DNA of 63,747 nt, the filler included, from Octopus bimaculoides (taxonomy: Eukaryota): assembly GCF_001194135.2 (NCBI RefSeq). It is 9 parts of 8 records of this genome, joined end to end, with 100 filler letters (N's around TTAATTAATTAA, not from the genome) between each part and the next. Parts side by side here need not be neighbours in the genome. Positions count along the whole stretch, not along the records: positions 38,454 to 40,576 come from NC_068982.1; positions 40,677 to 49,971 come from NC_068982.1; positions 50,072 to 59,849 come from NC_069004.1; 6 more parts are not named here. The stretch is one strand, 5' to 3'. The notes below the pieces were generated by a model that saw only the letters and a program-made list of their open reading frames with translations, searched no databases and was not told the DNA's origin. Shown here piece after piece: positions 39,185-52,621 of this stretch. A program made the position numbers and the translations under genes. Each line of letters begins with the position of its first letter. Positions within the stretch are counted from its first letter, which is position 1.

Positions 39185-39400
39185 TGTAAAGAAAATATTA
39201 AAAAAGTAATCCAGAATCCTTGTCCGGTAGCGGATCGATCCGAAAATCTAATCAGTTCGTGCCAATCACGAGGACAAACATATCCGAAAGTTCAATCCGA
39301 ATCCATCCAGCGGTTCTTGAGATATTTTGTCCACAGACAAACGAACTAACAAAGACGACTGAAAACAATACTTCCACCTTCCCAAAGGCGGAAGTAGTAA
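39185..39400 (+). mobile_element. Non-autonomous Helentron/DINE-like element (HINE)
   Basis: Internal (AAAC)-like stretch and 3' hairpin ACTTCCACCTT-CCCA-AAGGCGGAAGT (39370-39395); classification from memory. Confidence 0.5.
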
Positions 39401-39415
39401 TAATAACAACAATAG

Positions 39416-39633
39416 TAATCTTTTCTGCTATAGGCACAAGGCCTGAAATTTTGTGGGAGGGGACTAGCCGATTACATCAACCCCAGTGTTTCACTGGTAC
39501 TTAATTTATCGATCCTGAAAGGATGAAAGGCAAAGTCAACCTCGGCGGAATTTGAACTCAGAACGTAAGAACGGACAAAATACCGATCAGCATTTGGTCC
39601 AGCGCACTAACGATTCTACCAGATCGCCGCCTT
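39416..39633 (-). mobile_element. Family C SINE, full length
   Basis: Matches family C. Confidence 0.9.
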
Positions 39634-40322
39634 CATCATCATCATCATCATCATCATAATAATGATAATAATAATAATAATGACAAGAAGAAGANNNNNN
39701 NNNNATAATAATAATAATAATAATAATAATTAGAATTATGATAATAATAATATTCCTTTCTATTACAGGCACAAAGCCAGATTATATTATTATCGTTAAA
39801 ATTTTAAATTAAGCACTAGGCCAGCAATTTGGAGAGGGATTAGTTAAGCAAAACTTAACTGGTTCTTTTTCTTATTGACCCCGACCCCAGAAGGATAAAA
39901 GCAAATAATTTCAATTATTTAGCTACTAGGAGCAATTTCGTACAATATATTCATGGCATACAAAATATTAAACGTTAAGTGTAGGGATCTACAAAAGCGT
40001 GTGAAGTAGAACAAACGTACTAAAAAGAAAATGAAGGAAAAAGAACAAGGACGTTATTCAACAAACACTTAAAAACGCAAAAGTAGATGCAAGTTCTGTT
40101 TTTTTTCCCCCCATCTTTTTTGTTTCAAAGACAAAGTAAGGCTGGTTTTTTCTCGATAATGAAATTCTTAAGAAACATTTTCTTGGAAAATGAAATCACG
40201 AAAGGAGAAATGCAATTAATAAAATATGACTGACATTCTTGCAATATTCGTTCAATTTTTTTAACGCAACTGTTTTAATATGAACTGAATAACGATATCC
40301 CCGTTTCTGATAATCATATATA

Positions 40323-40576
40323 TATGTTGTTGTTGGCACTCCGTCGCTTACGACGTCGAGGGTTCCAGTTGATCCGATCAACGGAACAGCCTGCTCGTGA
40401 AATTAACGTGCAAATGGTTGAGCACTCCACAGACACGTGTACCCTTAACGTAGTTCTCGGGGATATTCAGCGTGACACAGTGTGACAAGGCTGACCCTTT
40501 GAATTACAGCACAACAGAAACAGGAAGTAAGAGTGAGAGAAAGTTGTGGTGAAAGAGTACAGAAGGGTTCGCCACC
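40323..40576 (-). mobile_element. Family B SINE, 3' two-thirds (cut by linker)
   Basis: Near-identical to 10313-10560. Confidence 0.9.
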
Positions 40577-40779
40577 NNNNNNNNNNNNNNNNNNNNNNNN
40601 NNNNNNNNNNNNNNNNNNNNTTAATTAATTAANNNNNNNNNNNNNNNNNNNNNNNNNNNNNNNNNNNNNNNNNNNNATATATATATATATATATATATTG
40701 GAACTCTTTTAAACAAAATAATATATTCCTCTATACACAATCATACAAAAAATTCACCTTTTTTGTATTTATTTTTACT

Positions 40780-40823
<44 letters not shown>

Positions 40824-42411
40824 TTTATATGCGTGTGTGTGAGTGTATGCGTTATTTCCTTTGTGACAACATATTTTTGTTAATGATAATTATGCTATGG
40901 AAATTTAGTTATAAAGTATGTTTATGATGTCTGTAAATGTAATATGCCCTCTGACAACAATGGATATATCGTGTACAAGCAAATCTTCTTACTGTTTACC
41001 TCTCCCGGAAGCTCTATAGGACACATAACACCATATCATGTGATATATTGACCCTTCCGTTTTACCTCATTAACTGTCGAATAAGCAAAATTAAATTTCA
41101 GATGAAAACATAACTTGGATCTGTTGTTACTCAGATCCGGAGCGTGTGACCTTATTACTTCCTGGCATTGTTATCCCTTGCCACATAAAGACGTTTGACA
41201 CCACAACGGTAAAGCCAGTGAGAGACGTTGCATTAATGAAAATAGCTGTGGTTGGAATAACTCATTGTTTTCTCTGTTAATATTCTTTTGAAAGTTGACG
41301 TGTTCGGCATTATATTTTGAAGGAATCATTTTCAATGAGGTGGACTTGTGACTGAGTTCAAAGACAACAATAGGCAGCACAGTGAAACATCTCTGTTGCG
41401 TAACCACACTTCCTTAATCTGAAACACCGAAATGAAAACGAATTGATAAATGTCAGAGACATATTGCTTGATAAATAGAATTGTAACTTTGTTCGAAGAA
41501 CTAACGATAGGGGAACTACAGCTCAGCTTTCTCAGACTGGTTCCTTGTTCAGTTATTGATTCTAACCTTTGTTCACAATGATATTTATTGACCCAAATAG
41601 TAGTGGATTGATGACAATCGCTTGGTCAGGCGTTCTAACTTTCTAACACTCACCCTTATCTGTTAGCCTCCCGTCATACATATGCGCTTCGCAGCAAGCC
41701 TCACTTATGATCACATGAAGTGAGCGGTTAGTGATTAATAAATCCCTCATCTCTCCTTTTCTCTCTCTTTCGCTTTCTTCTTTCTCCCTCTCTCTCTCTT
41801 TCTCATACACCCATATAAGCTCATACACATACACAATGGAAGCCTCTTACGCGCACACAGTCAACCGACTGAAGGAAATAATGGCGTTACAAATGCGAGC
41901 GACTTCCCATTGTTCTGCAACATTTGACGACTGATTCTGAAAACTAAAGATAACCATTGTTTTGAAGATGCTCACTTTAAAAATGTTCTTCTCATCTTCG
42001 CGAAAACTAGTAATCATATATTTTCCGGAATGTCGATAAAGTTACTATGGTGGAACATTTTCAATTTTGGAAGACAACAACAACATCGATTGACGGGTCG
42101 AATTGATCCATTGATTGGTTAAGAAAAAAGAAAAGACAAAAGAAAAACCAACAAACAAATTTAAGGAAACTTCTGAGTTTTATTACAAATTCTAAGAGAA
42201 ACAATTGAGACAATGAGTTTTATTTTGGTACAAAGCGTTAGATTTGAGCTATTGATCTATGTTTTGAAAAATAATGCTATATATATANNNNNNNNNNNNN
42301 NNNNNNNNNNNNNNNNNNNNNNNNNNNNNNNNNNNNNNNNNNNNNNNATATATATATATATATATATAAATGTATTTGACAAACACAAGCACTACACATA
42401 TGCATGTATAA

Positions 42412-42477
<66 letters not shown>

Positions 42478-43051
42478 ATTTATTTTTATATATATACACA
42501 CACATACATAGATATATATGTATGTATAGATTTATATGTACATATGCATATATATACAAATAAACGTATATAGATATATATGTATATATACACACACACA
42601 TATATATATTCATGTATACATACATACATACATATATATATATATGTATGTATGTATGCATGCATATATATGTATGTATGTATGTATATATGTATATGTA
42701 TGTGTGTGTGTGTGTGTGCATGTGTATGAACCAGTAAAATAAATATATACAAACAACCAGAATCATCTGCAATATAGGAGGAATCGCATACGCACCCATT
42801 ACTGCACCTACAGCTGCTACTGTTACTGGTACAGCAGCAACAAGAACAACAACAACCACTTACACATTCAGCTTCTCCACTACTGATACTCACATTTCGA
42901 CTGTGACATCGATATATGCTTACACCGATTCATCCGTATACCCATGAATTCTTACTATCCATCTCAACAAACAAGCATGCATACAGTATAAACACACAAA
43001 TACATACGTATACACTCGCTAAATTATACATACATGCTTACCCTCATATAT

Positions 43052-43085
<34 letters not shown>

Positions 43086-43100
43086 AAGTATATATATATG

Positions 43101-43147
<47 letters not shown>

Positions 43148-44380
43148 GTATATATATNNNNNNNNNNNNNNNNNNNNNNNNNNNNNNNNNNNNNNNNNNN
43201 NNNNNNNNNNNNNNNNNNNNNNNNNNNNNNNNNNNNNNNNNNNNNNNNNNNNNNNNNNNNNNNNNNNNNNNNNNNNNNNNNNNNNNNNNNNNNNNNNNNN
43301 NNNNNNNNNNNNNNNNNNNNNNNNNNNNNNNNNNNNNNNNNNNNNNNNNNNNNNNNNNNNNNNNNNNNNNNNNNNNNNNNNNNNNNNNNNNNNNNNNNNN
43401 NNNNNNNNNNNNNNNNNNNNNNNNNNNNNNNNNNNNNNNNNNNNNNNNNNNNNNNNNNNNNNNNNNNNNCGATCTTATATATATACACTTACATATATTT
43501 TTATGTGTATGCGTGTGTAAATATATAGTTACATATATATGTAAGTATGTGTGTATGAATGTATGTATATGTGTGTGTATGTATGTATATGTACCATATA
43601 TATATATGTGTGTGTGTGTGTGTGTATGTATGGAGTTGGTCCATTAACACGTATACTTACACTACATTGCACTGCCTACATAGTATAGGCAGACTTGGAA
43701 AACTATTCGCCGAAACTCTTTCAATACTTGCTAGATTGTGCCAGTTATTTTCGATAAATGCAGAGGAAATGTAGTTGAAGATAATAGCTAAGCTAGCATA
43801 GCATGTGGAACGTTATTCAGGAAAAACACATATGCCCGATGTAATTTGTTTTTCCTGAAAAAGTACAAATACGAACAAATTACATCACTTTGTGAAACGT
43901 TGCTAGAATTCCATAGTTACAACTGACGAAAAAAGAAAATAATGGTTAGTTATTGGGGTGCGCGTGAATGTAGCCAGTATTACAGTTATTAATTGTTATG
44001 TACTTCAGTTCAATCAAGAAGCCAGAGAAAGATTCACAAATAAGGCGTAAGAAAAAGTTTTAGGGCGAGCTCCATCTTATATATTATTGTGTTCAGCCGT
44101 GTTAGTAGTAAAAAGAAAAAAAGAGAAAAACACAAGTGTCAGCTAAGAAGAAAATGAAAAGAAAAATTTTTTTGGCAGTTATGTAAACCATAACATGAAC
44201 AAAGTGATACTAAGGCCCAGTCGAAATCTTCAAACAGAAATTCTTATTAACTGTTATAATTCACCATCACGAAAACACATAGACATTTCCTGTTTGGTAG
44301 GAAAATCAATTTAATTCATGCATTCTACTCGATTGTATTCGATGCTGACACATAAAACAAAAATGAAACTGTTTTAAATA

Positions 44381-44491
44381 AAATTTCATTGATATTACAA
44401 AATATTCCAGGAGTAGCCTTTACCGAAACTCCTGAAATATTTTGTAATATCAATGAAATTTCATTTAACCGATACGCGAGTATCGGTTAAA
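44381..44491. other. Tandem hairpins: 34-bp stem with 13-nt loop, then 12-bp perfect stem with GCGA tetraloop
   Basis: 44381-44414 vs 44428-44461 has one mismatch; 44464-44475 vs 44480-44491 is perfect. Confidence 0.9.
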
Positions 44492-45239
44492 CCAATTATT
44501 CCGATTTAACAAGGATTTTTTTTACAAAACTCTATCTGACTTTCTGTAATTACTAGTACAAATTAACTTTTATTACTTAAATACAGTCAATTAAACTTGT
44601 ATTGTCCAATAAGTCCTTAGCTTTTTTAAGATGGTGTGGTATATTTCAAATAAGATTTGGATGTTGCTTCTAGCTGAACGATCAATCGTGTAGAAGTTCC
44701 CTTGTTGACTCATGACACAATCCTCGTTGGCTCACCTCCACAATCGTTGTAGCCTGATATAAAACAGGTAGCTGCATGAACTGATACCTGAATGAACTAA
44801 TTAACTCTACAACAACTTTTGTACGTTAGATATTGCCCTCACTCTGCTATGAAGTATACAACAACCGTACTTCCATACATCATGTAGAAGTAGAAACTGT
44901 TTTGAAAATTTGGGAAGTCGACATTCCGAAATATACAATATTAAAAATCTTGAAGTAATTATTTTAAAAATGTACTATTAGTGGTTAATCAACTTCGGAA
45001 TTAATTACCTTAATGGAAAGTTTAATCTAAAAAGGATCTTTTGCATAATCTATAAACATTTTTGGTAAGACAGCGAAATAAAACTCCATTCATACTGCCA
45101 AATGATTTCCAATTTCCTCCTAAATGATTTCCTATATTCTCCTAAATGATTTCCAATATTCTCCTAGCTGATGCACTAGTTTCATCGAGGTACCACTCCC
45201 TTTTACGACCCCAGTGGAAGAAGTTGAGTGAAGCAATCA

Positions 45240-45700
45240 GAACTGTCATTGATACAACTTGGCTGTTCAAGGAGTTCTGTGACATACACCTTCCTAGTCA
45301 ACATAGCCTTCCATGACTTATTTCCGATAGAGAGTTCATCTTATTGACTCTGTGAATGTAACTAACTTCTCAATGATAATAACTTCCAGCAAACCTGAAA
45401 TTACTTCTCATTAATAATATAAACCAAATGAACTTCTCTTAGTATCCTTCGCTGAAGCATTGAAGTGGTTTTACAACACCAAGAGTGATCTGAATGAGAA
45501 ATACTTACTGTATACGGCAAAATGTTATTCAGCGAAGAAAATTATAGATGAATTGGGAAGATAAACTGAAAATAGTTTAAATTGCTATAATTTAAATAAA
45601 CATCGAAATTATTATTGAAAGACAAACACCTTCATTAATTCCAATATTCCAATATCAGCCTGTAAACTAAGTTACGGCATCGCCAAAAGATTAAAAGAAT
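45240..45700 (+). pseudogene. Old CR1/L2-like RT fragment
   Basis: Broken peptides VQG, FLVNIAFHDLF and LKWFYN resembling RT domains 4-6. Confidence 0.45.
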
Positions 45701-47308
45701 GGTTTTGACATTATGATAATCCTCAGTTAATGTATGTGCACTTAAGTGAGGCAGCTACGAAGTGAAGGGACCAGTGAAGACTGAAAGGAAGCAGACAAAG
45801 CGGCATTTATAATAAAAAGACTTAAAAAACTTTTTAAACTCATTCATCACCACGATAAAGATAGAAGAATTATATGGATCCAAACTAAGAATGTTCTCTC
45901 TTTCACTTTGTTTCCTAAACTATTAACGTTCTGTGAAGAAAATAAAAATAAAACACATTGCATGATATATCTCATCTCGTAAAAATAATCTGTGATGAAT
46001 AAGTCATGGGTTATATCATGCTGACGATTTCTAAAAAGAATAAAACAGTATTATTCATGATAACCCCTTGCAAGAAAGTAAACAAAAAAATTTAATTTGC
46101 GAATTCTATGCATCTTTTTTCCTCATAATTCCTTAATGTCAAAATCAGATTCCTATATCGAATCATATTATGTAGAAATGATTACCTCCCTTTTAATGGC
46201 TAGTATAACGAGAGAAACCACATGTAAACTATATTTTGTTTTAAATCAATAAAGAAATTGGGAAGGATGAAAAATTCTTTAATATTTTGTATGGGTGGAG
46301 GTTGTTAGCATGAGAAGCACTGGTATAGAGGATAAAAAAGAGAGAGGGGGGGAATTTGGCACGTGACGTCTACAAATAACTAGCGTCACATTGTAAAGAA
46401 ACTTCTATAAAATCAAACATAAGAGAATGATATCTAGATATTACCTGCTTAAAATCTTGATGTAAGTTTGCCACAATAGTCTGAAACGATATTCGCGTCG
46501 GAATATCAATAGCGAACAAAATGCATCAAATATATCAGTAAACACCAGGCTTTAGAAATAAGTGCTCGGATTGGTACATTCGACTAAAAATTCTTCAAGG
46601 CAGTGCTCCAGCATAGCCGCAGTCTAATGCTTGGAACAAGTAAAAGATAAAAGAAAAAAGATTAAAAAAATATATGAATGAGGATGCTTGAACGCAGTAA
46701 AACAGGATGTTAGATATAGCAGCTACAGCCATCTCAAAACCACCCTGTCATCTTAGATACGTTATGCCAGAAATTAGCGTAAATATCACGGTTGGAATGA
46801 CTTGGTTCATATATGTCTGCTCGAACAAAAGAACTAATCTGAGTTGAATAACAACCACACAAAGATACGGAGACAAAGAGAATCTGGAGAAAATCGTTGA
46901 TTCCAAAAATAAATCGGGAACTTATACGCAAAGACAATCGACTCGATGTTATTAGAAAAGGGAAAAACAAAATGCTGTAAATTCTGAACGGTCTTTTGAT
47001 GTGAATGTACTGAAATATATAAGAAATTGATGGCTTCTTCGTTGTAAGGGGGTTTGTCAGTTCAGAATCTCAAATATATGCTTGGATTTATCGATATTAT
47101 TATCGGATCAGTCATCAATATATCTGCCTTCGTGGGATGAAAGCGTAAATGAACTTGGATTCAGAAAGATCAAAAACTGCATAATCCACAGACATTGAAA
47201 AGTATGTAACAATTAAGGAATATAAATGTGATTATTTACGTATATGCGTGCCCGGTTGTACATGTGTGTGTGTATGCCTGTGTATACATACATATATGAA
47301 CATATATT

Positions 47309-47340
<32 letters not shown>

Positions 47341-47609
47341 CGCACGTATATGTATATGTATACACACACACATATATATGTGTGTATGTATGTAGTTAAT
47401 AAAAAAAACGGAGAAAAAAGACAAGAAAAAACAACTACGAGAAGACGTGGTACATATGTATGTATGGCTCACTAACTGCAAACCCCAAGAGGATAAGTAA
47501 AATAGTGTATAAGCAATTCACAAGTGTTTTCATCGCTCCTTTGAGGCTCATGCAAGCGAGTAAGCTAGATGAGTTCTTGGCTATTACAGCCGCATATAGG
47601 GAGGCATCA

Positions 47610-48225
47610 AAAATGGATTACATTGACATTAAAAGATCTGTTTCTAGCCAGGTATAAAATAAATCTAAACTCAGCTACTGACCCTGAGAGGTCCCCTACA
47701 ATCCTTCTAAAGCCCTGTGAACAAACTACAAGACCACCGTCGTCACTTTTCCTGAACTTCCTCACAAGTGACCAGTTTCCAGGCAAGTTAAAATTTAAAT
47801 ATATATCAATCGACCTCAGCACACCAGTCGCAGATAAATAACACACACATATATACATACGTATATACAAACAAACGTACGTATAGACACAAATAAACAA
47901 ACACATAAAAGTGGAAGCAGAGCAAGTGCTCAAAATTGCTGGGCTTTCTCTGTGATTTCACATAGTAAGTCATGAAACGAATTGTCGACAGGAAACTAAT
48001 CACGTTTCTTGAAGAAAGTGAATTGCTAACACCCGACATGGTTTTCGACCAGCGAGAAGCTGTCAAACCCAGCTCCAAAACAGTACAGCTGGATGTTAAA
48101 ACAGTTGCTCAACCACTGAAATGTGAAAGTGATATATCTTGATTTAGTGAAAGCCTTCGATTAAGTCGATCATAGAATATCTTACAAACTGCGTGGTCTC
48201 GGCATAGTCGGAAAATTGGAAGACA
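47610..48225 (+). pseudogene. CR1-like LINE reverse transcriptase fragment interrupted by a 124-bp insertion
   Basis: Peptides SATDPERSPTILLKPC, FPGK|WKQ, VMKRIVDRKLITFLEESELL, HGFRPARSCQTQL and VIYLDLVKAFD*VDHR. Confidence 0.85.
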
Positions 48226-48354
48226 ACAGTAGTAGCCAATGGAGCCATATCCCATATAAATGTGTGTGTGTGTGTGTGTATTGAGAGAGAGAGGGATAGA
48301 GAGGGCGATAGAAGGGGAGAGAGGGGAAGAGAGAGATTGGTATTAATGGAGATA

Positions 48355-48510
48355 AACACAGTTTGGCTTAGTGGTCAGAGTGTTGGATTCATGATCGTAA
48401 GATTGTTGTTTCCATTCCTGAACCAGTCGCCACATTGTGTTCTTGAGCAAAACTCTTCATTAACGTTGCTCCAATCCACTCAGCTTGTAAAAATGAGTAA
48501 TCCAACGACG
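48355..48510 (+). mobile_element. Family D-like CORE SINE, head and core
   Basis: TGGCTTAGTGG A box and GTGTTCTTGAGCAAAAC...GTTGCTCCAATCCACTCAGCTTGTAAAAATGAGT. Confidence 0.7.
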
Positions 48511-48938
48511 AATCGAGGAAGCAGACCCTTATGAGTCGGCATGAATCGAGAAGGTAGCTTTACCTTTTTTTTGTTTTGTTTTACTATATGAATCGCAGTT
48601 GCCTTCAGCCATTTGAGTCTGACGTGTCGCCTATATTGCTAAGCGCTTTATAAGTGCGAAAGCAATGGCCACTCTATGTGTGTGAGTATGTGTGTGCGTG
48701 TGTGCGCGCGTCTGTGTATGTGTATGTGTGAGTGTGCATACTTAAATCATCTCTTTAGCTACGGTACAACCAATAATTTATCAGATGTTCTGTTCCTTAA
48801 CATTTTTCTACATTTTCCATGTTTTTTGGTGAAATAACATAAAAAATTAATAAAAACAAATGAAAAATTTGATGGAAGAGAACGGGTTTAAAATAACTGA
48901 CGGTACCGTACCCAAAGTGATAATTTAAACACACACAC

Positions 48939-48983
<45 letters not shown>

Positions 48984-49496
48984 ACAAAGACACACACACG
49001 CACATGCACACACACGCATATCGAAGTGTGCAAAAAAATTTAAATATATATCAATCGACCTCAGCACACCAGTCGCAGATAAATAACACACACATATATA
49101 CATACGTATATACAAACAAACGTACGTATAGACACAAATAAACAAACACTTAAACATATACACGAGAACCGATNNNNNNNNNNNNNNNNNNNNNNNNNNN
49201 NNNNNNNNNNNNNNNNNNNNNNNNNNNNNNNNNNNNNNNNNNNNNNNNNNNNNNNNNNNNNNNNNNNNNNNNNNNNNNNNNNNNNNNNNNNNNNNNNNNN
49301 NNNNNNNNNNNNNNNNNNNNNNNNNNNNNNNNNNNNNNNNNNNNNNNNNNNNNNNNNNNNNNNNNNNNNNNNNNNNNNNNNNNNNNNNNNNNNNNNNNNN
49401 NNNNNNNNNNNNNNNNNNNNNNNNNNNNNNNNNNNNNNNNNNNNNNNNNNNNNNNNNNNNNNNNNNNNNNNNNNNNNNNNNNNNNNNNNNNNNNNN

Positions 49497-49553
<57 letters not shown>

Positions 49554-50071
49554 ATATATATATATGTATATATATATATATGCGTGTGCATATGTATGTC
49601 CGTATATATACATATGCGTGTGCACGTGTGTGTATGTGTGTGTGAGTTTGTGGTTGGCGTGTGTGGTGTGTGGGTGTATTCACACATACAAATGCATTTA
49701 TGCAAACGCTAATTCACACATTCATGAATTCCTCGAACTTTCCCGACTCAAACGAAAAGCCTTGTCGCTTTGTCAGTGACCTCCTTAAATTCTGCGAAGA
49801 ATTTAATAAATCCTTCCTACTTAAACAAATGTATGCAAACATATAATTTCATACGTACAATATCTATCTGGACACACACATATGTATATACATATACGTA
49901 TGTATGTATGTATGTATGTATGTATGTATGTATGTGCGTATGTATGTATTGATGGATTACTGTACATATTGNNNNNNNNNNNNNNNNNNNNNNNNNNNNN
50001 NNNNNNNNNNNNNNNTTAATTAATTAANNNNNNNNNNNNNNNNNNNNNNNNNNNNNNNNNNNNNNNNNNNN

Positions 50072-50116
<45 letters not shown>

Positions 50117-50365
50117 CATGTATGTACTTTTGTACATAGATACTTACATACATGCGTGCATACATAAATACATACATATCAAAGAGGAAGAATCAAAGAG
50201 AGTTAGCTACGACATTCTCTGCTGCTCGTGTTTCTCGGAGATAAATTTTTAAAACCCAGCTTTTATTAGATCTTTCACCCAGTGTTTCATTGTTATTTGC
50301 CTGAATCACGTTTTCGTTTTTTATCTCATTCTTGTTCTCTCAGTCTCCCAACCTCATCCTCTGCT

Positions 50366-50465
<100 letters not shown>

Positions 50466-50817
50466 CTATATCTCTCATTCCATCTCTCTCTTTCGGCCTT
50501 CTCCTGTCTCTCTTTTTATGCCTGAACGTAAGCATGTTTCTACGTTGCGTTTAATTAGCAAAGCTTTTACCATCGATATCTTCTCGTCAGCAGAGGGTTT
50601 TCATTGTGTGTGATGACACACAAACATGCAAACATGTGTGTGCGTGTGAATGTGTGTATGTATGTGTGCGAGCAGCGTGTATATGTGTGTATACGTACAT
50701 ACACACATACGTACGTACGTATGTATGTATGTATGTATGTATACACATGTCTCTCTCTTTCATATACACACTGATGCATGCTAACATACATGTCTTTGTG
50801 GGTGTGAGCTGTGTATA

Positions 50818-50866
<49 letters not shown>

Positions 50867-51004
50867 NNNNNNNNNNNNNNNNNNNNNNNNNNNNNNNNNN
50901 NNNNNNNNNNNNNNNNNNNNNNNNNNNNNNNNNNNNNNNNNNNNNNNNNNNNNNNNNNNNNNNNNNNNNNNNNNNNNNNNNNNNNNNNNNNNNNNNNNNN
51001 NNNN

Positions 51005-51054
<50 letters not shown>

Positions 51055-51414
51055 CGTGTGTGTGGAGGGGAGTCTATGGGGGATGAGAGAGAAATAATGT
51101 GTACATGTGTATGTGTGTATGCGTGCGTGTGTACGTGCGTCTGCGTATATGCGTCTGTACGAACAGAATTTATCTACTTCAACAAAAACAAAAAACAACA
51201 TGGGAAGAAGAAGGATAACAGCAACAGAAATAGCAAAAACGTCTTCAATAACACAAACTCTAAATAAGAACCAAGGTCATAGCTGTGGGTCTCAGCGATT
51301 CATCTCGCAATTATTTATGACATGTTTCGATCCTACTTTGTGATACGATGGGTACATGGCTTATACTGTAGATTCACAATGGACAATAAGTTACCCGTCA
51401 AACCTGAACATGGA

Positions 51415-51880
51415 CACAGGAGTGGCTGTTTGGTAATTAGCTTGCTTTCTGCCAGCCATTGTGGGTTGTCCTGCAGGGAGCAGGAATCTTGCTTGGGGGC
51501 CCGGATGTGGAGGACTATAGGACTTGATTTAATTTGATTTTGTTGATGATTTTTATTGAACAAGGTTTTCGAGGGGTTGTCGGTCGGCGGGCGCCAGTGC
51601 CTCTCCCATTTTTTACTCATCTTTTTGTATTCATTTCATTCATTAATGTCCGTGTCCAGCCCGCAGCTTCTTTATGTTTGTTTGTCTTTGTTTGTCGCCT
51701 CTATGTAATGCCTTTATGGCATAATTTATGAAATAAAGGAGCTTGCTTCCCAACTACATGGTTCTGGGTTCAGTTCCACTGCATGATACCTTGTGCAAGT
51801 GTCTTTTACTCTAGCCTTGGGCCGACCAAAGCCTTGTGAGTAGATTTGATAGAAGGGAACTGAAAAAAGCCATTGATTAG
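51415..51880 (+). mobile_element. Family A SINE head interrupted by a 292-bp LINE-tail-like insertion (51448-51739)
   Basis: AGCTTGCTT duplicated at 51439-51447 and 51740-51748; the insert ends in GAAATAAAGG. Confidence 0.7.
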
Positions 51881-52572
51881 TGTTACATGTCTTGCTTTGC
51901 TGTCAGATTGTCACGATATCCTCAACCCCGATATAACCGTCATATATGTGTATACTTATACATACATACAGACCAACAGACAGACAGATATACATATAAC
52001 GAAGCTCAGTACAGTATCGGTCAACGAAGCATCATTCTCGATTAATCTATCGACCAGTATATAAGGAAGCGTACCACTTGCACGTTATGGTCCCGTAATC
52101 GTATCAAACCCAGAACCACAGATTTACGAAAACAACCATTTTAGACATAGACACACCTACACCTCTTTACTAAACCACGAAATTTACGTGAAATTCAAAC
52201 AAGAAACGTAATTAGCTACGTCTGTTTTTGTTATTTTTTACACTGTCCCTGCCTTCCATTTCTCGACTCTGCTTCGTTTATTTATTTATTTTTTTTAATA
52301 TTTACGTTTTCTCTTCGGCGTTTAGAGATGTGATACTAGATAAGAAAATTATGTTTGAACAGAATCAAGCACAAATTATACAGTGACTGCTGAATTGTGA
52401 AAGTGAAAGCTGCCAGTATTTTATGTATTTTTTCTAAAGGATAGATGCAAAATTTCATCATAGTTTTTATGATATTAAGATACTTCTTAATATAAATCTT
52501 CATGTAAATAATTTGTCTGTCTATTTATCTATCTCTCTATCTATTTATATGTGTGTGTATGTGTTTATTGTG

Positions 52573-52621
<49 letters not shown>

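Noticed and set aside
41102-41210. Complex-sequence island with a possible plus-strand exon (ENITWICCYSDPERV...)
   Set aside because: No recognisable protein family and no supporting neighbouring exons
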